Below are positions 57,890 through 64,000 of a DNA stretch of 64,000 nucleotides, in pieces (position 1 is the first letter of the stretch; each line of letters begins with the position of its first letter). The translations under genes were made by a program, and so were the position numbers. The notes beneath the pieces were generated by a model. That model was not told where the DNA came from. It saw only the letters and a list, made by a program, of their open reading frames with translations, and did no database searches. The stretch is from an uncultured delta proteobacterium (GTDB taxonomy: Bacteria > Desulfobacterota > Desulfobulbia > Desulfobulbales > Desulfocapsaceae), in the NCBI GenBank assembly GCA_963709745.1, contig CAVPXN010000005.1, forward strand, positions 4,673 to 68,672. The letters run 5' to 3'.

Positions 57890-59011
57890 ATGGTGACGGT
57901 AAAAATGACGGAACTTCGATTTAACAATGTAATTAAGAGATATGGCAAGGTTGAAGTTGTTCATGGTATCAATCTTGACGTTCTCGATAAAGAATTTCTG
58001 GTCCTGGTTGGTCCATCCGGCTGCGGAAAATCGACGCTGCTGCGGATGATTGCCGGCCTTGAAGAAATTTCCGAAGGCACCATCTCGATTGGCAACCGGA
58101 TTGTCAACGATGTCGCCCCAAAGGATCGCGGCCTGGCTATGGTTTTTCAGAACTACGCTCTCTATCCGCATATGAATGTCTACGAAAATATGGCCTTTGG
58201 TCTGAAACAACGTAAAACACCCAGGCCAGAGATTCAGCAACGGGTCGAAAGCGTTGCGCAAATTCTGGGTTTAGAGAACCTGCTGCAGCGAAAACCCCAC
58301 GAGCTTTCCGGCGGCCAACGGCAGCGCGTGGCCATGGGTCGGGCGATGGTGCGTAAACCCTCAGTTTTTCTCTTTGACGAACCTCTGTCGAATCTTGACG
58401 CTAAACTGCGTATCCAGATGCGGGCGGAAATTAAAATGCTCCACCAGCGGGTCAATTCGACTATGGTCTATGTCACCCACGACCAGATCGAGGCGATGAC
58501 CCTGGCTGATAGGATTGTCGTCCTTAAAGATGGTTATATTGAACAGGTTGGAACGCCGCTTGAGTTGTTTCTAAAGCCATCGAATATTTTTGTGGCCGGG
58601 TTTATCGGTACACCGCCTATGAATCTTCTCCACTGTGAGATAGCTGAGGAGTCGGGTGGGACGTGGCTGGTTTTTCCCGATGGCCTGCGCCTTCCGGTGC
58701 CACCTAGACAGGATACTGCACTGAGCGCCGGACAGGAGGTAGTAATGGGCATCCGCACCGAAGAAATCACCCTTGCCGGTGAGAATGGTCCTTCGCCTGC
58801 GGAATGGGTCTATCCTGCTGTGGTGAAAGTTGTCGAACCTCTCGGCAATGAGAACCATCTGCACGTTGAGATCCAGGGAGAATCATTTGTCGCCCGCTGC
58901 GAAGGGCGCCGAATCGTCAAAGCCGGGGAACACCTCAATGTGGCCTTTAATCTCGATCAACTGCATCTCTTTGACGCAAAGACTTCCCAGGTAGTGTACC
59001 AGGGAAAATAA
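57890..59011 (+). CDS. ugpC: Sugar/G3P ABC ATPase UgpC, divergent from ugpBAE
   Basis: GPSGCGKS, LSGGQRQR, FDEPLSNLDAKLR, TOBE-like C-terminus. Confidence 0.88.
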   Translation: MVTVKMTELRFNNVIKRYGKVEVVHGINLDVLDKEFLVLVGPSGCGKSTLLRMIAGLEEISEGTISIGNRIVNDVAPKDRGLAMVFQNYALYPHMNVYENMAFGLKQRKTPRPEIQQRVESVAQILGLENLLQRKPHELSGGQRQRVAMGRAMVRKPSVFLFDEPLSNLDAKLRIQMRAEIKMLHQRVNSTMVYVTHDQIEAMTLADRIVVLKDGYIEQVGTPLELFLKPSNIFVAGFIGTPPMNLLHCEIAEESGGTWLVFPDGLRLPVPPRQDTALSAGQEVVMGIRTEEITLAGENGPSPAEWVYPAVVKVVEPLGNENHLHVEIQGESFVARCEGRRIVKAGEHLNVAFNLDQLHLFDAKTSQVVYQGK

Positions 59012-59030
59012 AATATATCGGTAAGGTTTT

Positions 59031-61169
59031 TTGCCGGAGCGTACCGCTTTTATGGCCATATTATCGTCTCTTTTTATTGCTACCCCTTGTCTGATTCCGG
59101 CCATTTGGCGACTAGCGAATCATGGGTTTACTCAGCCGGCCGGATTGCTGTCGGATCTGGGCCTTGCCCTGATTCTCTTTGCTCTGCTGTGGTGCAGCCC
59201 ACGCCTTGTCAAGGCAATAATGCTGTTGTTGTGGGCAGCTGCCCAGGTCATGGCGCAGGAGCTGATGGCTGCCATGCAGCGTCTGCCTTCCTGGCAGGAT
59301 TTGCAATATCTGATCGATCCGACCTTTGTTAAAAATACCACCGCCGGTTTACATTTTGCCCATCCGGGCTTTGCGCTAATCTTGTTACTGGTGACCATTG
59401 CTGCAATAGCGGTGCCGCGTACTCGTCCCGGCTGGGGCAAGGTGATGTGCTGTCTGCTCGCCGGTATTCTGCTCCTTGGTCTGCACTATCCGCTCAGTAA
59501 AAGGCTTGGCAGCCAGAGCGTGGCCGCACGCTATAATGCTCTGCACTGGTTTGTTACCGATGCAACCGCTAGAATTTTCCCATCCGAGTTGCCGGGCTTA
59601 AGCCTTGCCGATCTGCCACCTGGTCTCAAGACTCTCGATTTGCAGGGTACAAGACTGGTGCCGAAAGGCCGGGCAAAAAATGTTCTTATCGTCATCCTCG
59701 AAGGTGTCCCCGGTATCTCTCTTGGTGAAAACCGTCGCGAGATGCAAGTTAATGACAAGCCCTATCAGATGGATCGTCTCGAGAAAAGCACTGCGGGTGC
59801 CATGCTCGTGCCGGATTTTGTCGATCATAGCCATCAGACTATCCGTGGGCTGTATGCCATACATTGTGGTGATTTCAGTAAATTATCCTATGAGATGCCC
59901 AAGGCAATGGAATTGCAGAACAACCCTCAGAGGGCCGGAGAATGTCTGCCGGCCCAGATGGCCAGGCAGGGGTGGCAAAGCCATTTTTTGCAAGGGGCCG
60001 CTCTGCAGTTTATGAACAAGGAACGGGCGATGCCGACCATGGGTTTTCAACATGTCCATGGGGTTGAGTGGTTTACCGAGCGGACCGAGACTGATTTTAT
60101 CTGGGGCACGACCGATGCCGACTTTTTTAACGGAGCAAAAAAATACATCGGCGAGTTGCAGGCCGCGGGACAGCCTTGGCTGTTGTCGCTGCTGACTGTG
60201 GCCACCCACCAGCCATTTGCCGTAACCGATAGCCAGGCAAAGGCCTACGGTTCGCGGCTCAATGCGACGATGGCGCTGCTCGATGAGGCGGTTGCCGCCT
60301 TTGTCGATGGCTTACGCCAAGATGGCGTTCTGCAGGACACCCTTGTGATTATTACCTCCGATGAATCGCATGGGGCGGAAGGTGCCGACTGGTACGGCAG
60401 TTGGGGGCTTGGCATTGTCCTCAGCCCGGAGCAGGAACTGCTGCCGCGAATCAAGAAGGGAACCTACGGGCTGGTCGATATCGAGACCTCGGTGCTTGAT
60501 TATTTTGGCCTGCCGATGCCGCCGTCGATTATCGGCAGAAGCATGTTCCGAGATTATGCCGACTCGCGGGATATGGTGTCCTATACCAGTAGCAAATTGC
60601 GTTGGCAGACGGCAGAGAATGTCCTGTATGAATGCGGTAGAGACGATGCCTGCCGAAAAATGACCAACCAGAAACTTATCGGACCCAGGCCTGAGATTTA
60701 TGCAACCGACAGCGAAAACAGTGCCGGGCGTCTTTTTGGTCTGGCGGCGGTTCTCGATCATAAACTTCTTGGGCGCAATCAAAAGCAGGTGTTGCAGTTT
60801 GCCGCCGGAGAGATCAGGCAGCTGCCGGAAAAGATTAATAATGAATGGACGGACAATCTAACCGGCGCGCAATATCTTGATTTTCCGGCGCAGTCGACCA
60901 TCCATGTCGACATCCGGGTCAAAGCAGTGACGGCCCCGGCTCAGGGGATTCAATTGAAACTGGTCCTTCGTCAGTTTGAGCACGAAGTGGGCGGTATCGA
61001 ATATCCCCAGTTTGCTCTGCTGCATAGAGGAGAAGAAGGTCGGCTGCAGTTTGAATTTAAAAATCCAAAGGCCAGGCAGGCATTTTCTTTTCACCTGGTC
61101 GGTGAGGGGCACAACGCCTCCATCCAGCTGCAGAAATTTACCGTTACCATTGACCGGGAAAAAGGTTGA
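59031..61169 (+). CDS. LtaS/OpgB-like membrane-anchored alkaline-phosphatase-superfamily enzyme
   Basis: 5 N-terminal TM segments; NVLIVILEG; SHQT (Thr nucleophile position); TVATHQPF; TSDESHG. Confidence 0.75.
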   Translation: MPERTAFMAILSSLFIATPCLIPAIWRLANHGFTQPAGLLSDLGLALILFALLWCSPRLVKAIMLLLWAAAQVMAQELMAAMQRLPSWQDLQYLIDPTFVKNTTAGLHFAHPGFALILLLVTIAAIAVPRTRPGWGKVMCCLLAGILLLGLHYPLSKRLGSQSVAARYNALHWFVTDATARIFPSELPGLSLADLPPGLKTLDLQGTRLVPKGRAKNVLIVILEGVPGISLGENRREMQVNDKPYQMDRLEKSTAGAMLVPDFVDHSHQTIRGLYAIHCGDFSKLSYEMPKAMELQNNPQRAGECLPAQMARQGWQSHFLQGAALQFMNKERAMPTMGFQHVHGVEWFTERTETDFIWGTTDADFFNGAKKYIGELQAAGQPWLLSLLTVATHQPFAVTDSQAKAYGSRLNATMALLDEAVAAFVDGLRQDGVLQDTLVIITSDESHGAEGADWYGSWGLGIVLSPEQELLPRIKKGTYGLVDIETSVLDYFGLPMPPSIIGRSMFRDYADSRDMVSYTSSKLRWQTAENVLYECGRDDACRKMTNQKLIGPRPEIYATDSENSAGRLFGLAAVLDHKLLGRNQKQVLQFAAGEIRQLPEKINNEWTDNLTGAQYLDFPAQSTIHVDIRVKAVTAPAQGIQLKLVLRQFEHEVGGIEYPQFALLHRGEEGRLQFEFKNPKARQAFSFHLVGEGHNASIQLQKFTVTIDREKG

Positions 61170-61880
61170 ATGGATCAGAATAATAATTTACCGGAAGTAA
61201 AGATCCTGCACCCGGCAGATCTCTTTGCCGGCCTCAGCGGCGATGAGATGGCGGATCTTCTGGGCCAGGGGCGAAGCATAAAACTCTTACCCAAAGATGT
61301 CCTTTTCACGCAGGGTGATCCGGCGACAAGCTGTTTTCTGGTGCAGCATGGCCGCCTGAGGTTAACCAAATTCAACGAGCTGGGCAAGGAGATCCTGTTG
61401 CGCTATATCGATGAAGGCGAGTTGACCGCGGCGATGGCCGTATTCAAGACCTGCACTTATCCGGTTACTGCCGAAGCAATTGCGCCAACCATCGCCATCG
61501 GCTGGGATAAAGTGACTATGCTGCAGTTGATGCGGCGGTATCCGGATATTGCCATAAATTTATTGGGCATCGTGATTGAACGACTGGACGATATCCAACA
61601 CCGCTACCTGGAGCTCTGCTCGGAGCCGGTAGATCAGCGTATTGCCAGGTCTTTGATACGGCTTATGCGAAAAATCGGGACCAAAATCCAGCATGGAATA
61701 TCCATCGACCTTGCGCTTAGCCGGCAAAATATTGCCGACTATTCAGGAACCACTATATATACAGTCAGCCGGACACTTAGTGCCTGGGAGAAAAAAGGCT
61801 GGATTGTATCAAAACGGGAGCGGATCATTATTAAAGCGCCGCACGCCCTGGTCCACTTTGCTGAAAGCGGCGGAGCATAG
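61170..61880 (+). CDS. Crp/Fnr-family regulator (HcpR/Dnr-like, no Fnr Cys cluster)
   Basis: cNMP-binding beta-barrel; LSRQNIADYSGTTIYTVSRTLS HTH. Confidence 0.93.
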   Translation: MDQNNNLPEVKILHPADLFAGLSGDEMADLLGQGRSIKLLPKDVLFTQGDPATSCFLVQHGRLRLTKFNELGKEILLRYIDEGELTAAMAVFKTCTYPVTAEAIAPTIAIGWDKVTMLQLMRRYPDIAINLLGIVIERLDDIQHRYLELCSEPVDQRIARSLIRLMRKIGTKIQHGISIDLALSRQNIADYSGTTIYTVSRTLSAWEKKGWIVSKRERIIIKAPHALVHFAESGGA

Positions 61881-61910
61881 GGCTGACCGGCGGTATAATA
61901 TTCTTAAAAA

Positions 61911-61944
61911 GATGTTGTCTTTGCGCCAGCGCAAAGACAACATC
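61911..61944. promoter_or_regulatory. Perfect 16-bp-arm palindrome between the Crp/Fnr gene and the cytochrome operon
   Basis: GATGTTGTCTTTGCGC-CA-GCGCAAAGACAACATC. Confidence 0.5.
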
Positions 61945-62104
61945 GGCAACTCAGACTATTTTGTTGTGCCTGGGTCAAATGTGTGCCCGTTGCGGCGCTT
62001 TTATACTCGGTCTGATAGAGAAGATATAGGTAGAAGTTATACGCTTAATCTTACATGCTTATTGTGCTATCCATTCCCCACTCCATTGATTTCCAGGGAG
62101 ATCC

Positions 62105-62614
62105 ATGAAGAAGATTTTTTTTCTGTTATCTGGTGGGATTATTTTGGGTCTGGTCCTGTCCTTGGCGACTGCTGAAATGATCGAACACACCTCCGGGCCG
62201 CAATTCTGTTCTTCCTGTCATTCCATGAAGGGCGTTGCTCGTTCCCATGCTCTGGATGTGCATGGCGGAGTGAATAAGCAGGGGTTCATTGCCAAATGTG
62301 CCGATTGCCATCTCCCTCATGACAGTGTTCTTCATTATGTGACGGCAAAGGCTTATACCGGCGCAAAAGATGTGCTGGGGGAGATTTTCTGGGCCGATTC
62401 CTTTGACTGGATTGGTAATCTGGAGCATAGAAAAGATTTTACCTACACCTCCGGCTGCGTCAAATGCCACGACCTGCGGGTCGTCCGCTACGAAATTCCC
62501 AAAGCCTATCTTGCCCATAAGGATTTTCTTTCAGGTAAAGAGCCTTCGTGCGTCAAGTGCCATGAGCATGTCGGCCATAAAAATATAAAAGATTTTCTGG
62601 TTAAACAAATCTAG
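62105..62614 (+). CDS. NapC/NirT-family tetraheme quinol dehydrogenase
   Basis: N-terminal TM segment; four CxxCH motifs (CSSCH, CADCH, CVKCH, CVKCH). Confidence 0.92.
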   Translation: MKKIFFLLSGGIILGLVLSLATAEMIEHTSGPQFCSSCHSMKGVARSHALDVHGGVNKQGFIAKCADCHLPHDSVLHYVTAKAYTGAKDVLGEIFWADSFDWIGNLEHRKDFTYTSGCVKCHDLRVVRYEIPKAYLAHKDFLSGKEPSCVKCHEHVGHKNIKDFLVKQI

Positions 62615-62625
62615 GGAGACGACGA

Positions 62626-63942
62626 ATGAAACGATTACTGCTGCTGGTGGTGGCCCTTACTGTCGGGTCCATTTCATCTGCTTTTGCACTCGACAGTGCG
62701 GTAAGGACCCTTAAGGTGGAACGCGGCTTAACGCCTGAAGGGAAAAAATGCATCGAGTGTCACGCCGAAAAACAGCCGGGCATAGTTGCCGACTGGAAAG
62801 AGAGTCGTCACGGCCATGTCAATGTGTCCTGCATCGATTGCCATGGCGTCGATAAAGGATATGAAATGGCCACCCAGAACTGTCCCGGCGTCCAGGGAAC
62901 CGATACCTATATATCGGTTGTCGTTACTCCTAAGACCTGCGGCAGATGTCATTCGGCCGAGGTCGATCAGTTCGGCAAAAGCGGGCATGCCCGGGCCAGT
63001 ATTCAGTTCCATTCCCCCGACGGCAAAAACTTCAAAGGCATGACGGCGCTGATTGCCAAGCATGAGGGCCAGGGCATTGAAAAATTTAAAGACGCCTCGG
63101 ACATGGCCGGCTGTATGCAGTGTCATGGCTCGGATGTTAAACTTGGACCGGACGGCAGACCAACCAAAGAAACCTGGCCGGCCGCCGGTGTCGGCACTAC
63201 CTACCCGGACGGCTCGGTAGGCAACTGTGTGGTTTGCCATACCAGGCATCGTTTTAACATCGCCGAGGCCAGAAAACCGGCTGCCTGTGCTTCCTGTCAT
63301 CTGGGACCGGACCATCCGGATATCGAGATCTTCAATAACAGCAAACACGGTCATATTTATAACGCAGAAGCGAGCGAATGGAATTTTAACAGTGCACCGG
63401 ATGCCTGGGAGCCCGGCGACTATCGTACTCCTACCTGTGCGGTCTGCCATATGAGCGGTATCGGCGCTCTGCAGACCACGCATAATATCTCCGAACGGTT
63501 GCATTGGAACCTCTGGGCGCCTGAATCCCTCATTCGCAATTCACCCGATCCTCTTAGTCCGCTGACCGGAGAAGGGGTTGCAGGCAGAGAAAAAATGAAG
63601 ATGGTCTGCAGCAATTGCCATAGTCCTTTACATACCAATAACTTCTTTGCGGCGGTGGATCTGAATATTGAGCTGTACAATGAAGCCTACTGGAAACCGG
63701 CTGTGGCCCTGCAGAAAGAACTGGCTGAGAAGAAGCTGCTCAAAGAAAACCCCTGGGATGATGAATTTCAGAAGGTTATCTACCATCTCTGGCATCATGA
63801 GGGAAGAAGAATGCGCCAGGGTGCGGCAATGGGTGGACCTGATTATGCCCATTGGCATGGGGTATTTGAACTGCAGCAGGATCTGTATAAATTAAAGAGT
63901 ATTGCCGATAACCGCATCAAAAACGGCAAGATAGAAGAGTAA
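62626..63942 (+). CDS. Octaheme cytochrome c of the hydroxylamine oxidoreductase family (epsilon-Hao-like)
   Basis: Signal peptide; eight CxxCH motifs; CHLGPDHP, HWNLW, RMRQGAAMGGPDYAHWHG. Confidence 0.9.
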   Translation: MKRLLLLVVALTVGSISSAFALDSAVRTLKVERGLTPEGKKCIECHAEKQPGIVADWKESRHGHVNVSCIDCHGVDKGYEMATQNCPGVQGTDTYISVVVTPKTCGRCHSAEVDQFGKSGHARASIQFHSPDGKNFKGMTALIAKHEGQGIEKFKDASDMAGCMQCHGSDVKLGPDGRPTKETWPAAGVGTTYPDGSVGNCVVCHTRHRFNIAEARKPAACASCHLGPDHPDIEIFNNSKHGHIYNAEASEWNFNSAPDAWEPGDYRTPTCAVCHMSGIGALQTTHNISERLHWNLWAPESLIRNSPDPLSPLTGEGVAGREKMKMVCSNCHSPLHTNNFFAAVDLNIELYNEAYWKPAVALQKELAEKKLLKENPWDDEFQKVIYHLWHHEGRRMRQGAAMGGPDYAHWHGVFELQQDLYKLKSIADNRIKNGKIEE

Positions 63943-64000
63943 CACTAAATCTCTGGGAGCCTCTCCTGTCAAGGGATGGGACCGGTGCCGCAGGGTACCG

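Overview
64-kb bacterial chromosome window. A Desulfobacterota (Desulfocapsaceae/Desulfobulbaceae-like) host is inferred from gene content only: rubrerythrin, multiheme cytochromes, several sigma54 activators and a GEMM-I riboswitch. Left to right: (1) 0.1-10.3 kb, a sigma54-controlled cassette with two exported sulfatases, a frameshifted HAD phosphatase, an ABM-domain protein and a YSC84-like lipoprotein. It is driven by a duplicated promoter module and lies beside a membrane-tethered sigma54 activator. (2) 10.7-28.5 kb, a mosaic accessory region bounded by integrative-element relics. It holds a truncated DUF6538 integrase, an OsmC gene with an in-frame TGA at the catalytic Cys followed by a SECIS-like hairpin (candidate selenoprotein), an MFS/LysR pair, and a D-amino-acid/peptide catabolic operon (Lrp, epimerase, DUF1611, D-aminoacylase, dpp-type ABC) whose permease/ATPase genes are multiply frameshifted. 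It ends in a pile of fused recombinase, IS1634, zeta-toxin, Abi and Fic fragments. (3) 28.5-33.2 kb, an amine gamma-glutamylation cluster. (4) 33.6-41.6 kb, an uncharacterised CHASE2 / small secreted protein / M48 lipoprotein protease module between two convergent sigma54 promoters, next to an activator with a degenerate GAFTGA loop and an SSS transporter. (5) 41.6-47.3 kb, a large repeat adhesin behind a sigma54 promoter and a c-di-GMP-I riboswitch, a 27-aa Cys/Lys microprotein and a GGDEF-EAL protein. (6) 47.6-64 kb, core-like genes: aminotransferase, rubrerythrin, AsmA-like protein, ugp transporter, LtaS-like enzyme, Crp/Fnr regulator, NapC-type tetraheme and Hao-like octaheme cytochrome. 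I saw no CRISPR array, rRNA or intact tRNA. All family calls come from motif recognition by eye; no database searches were run.
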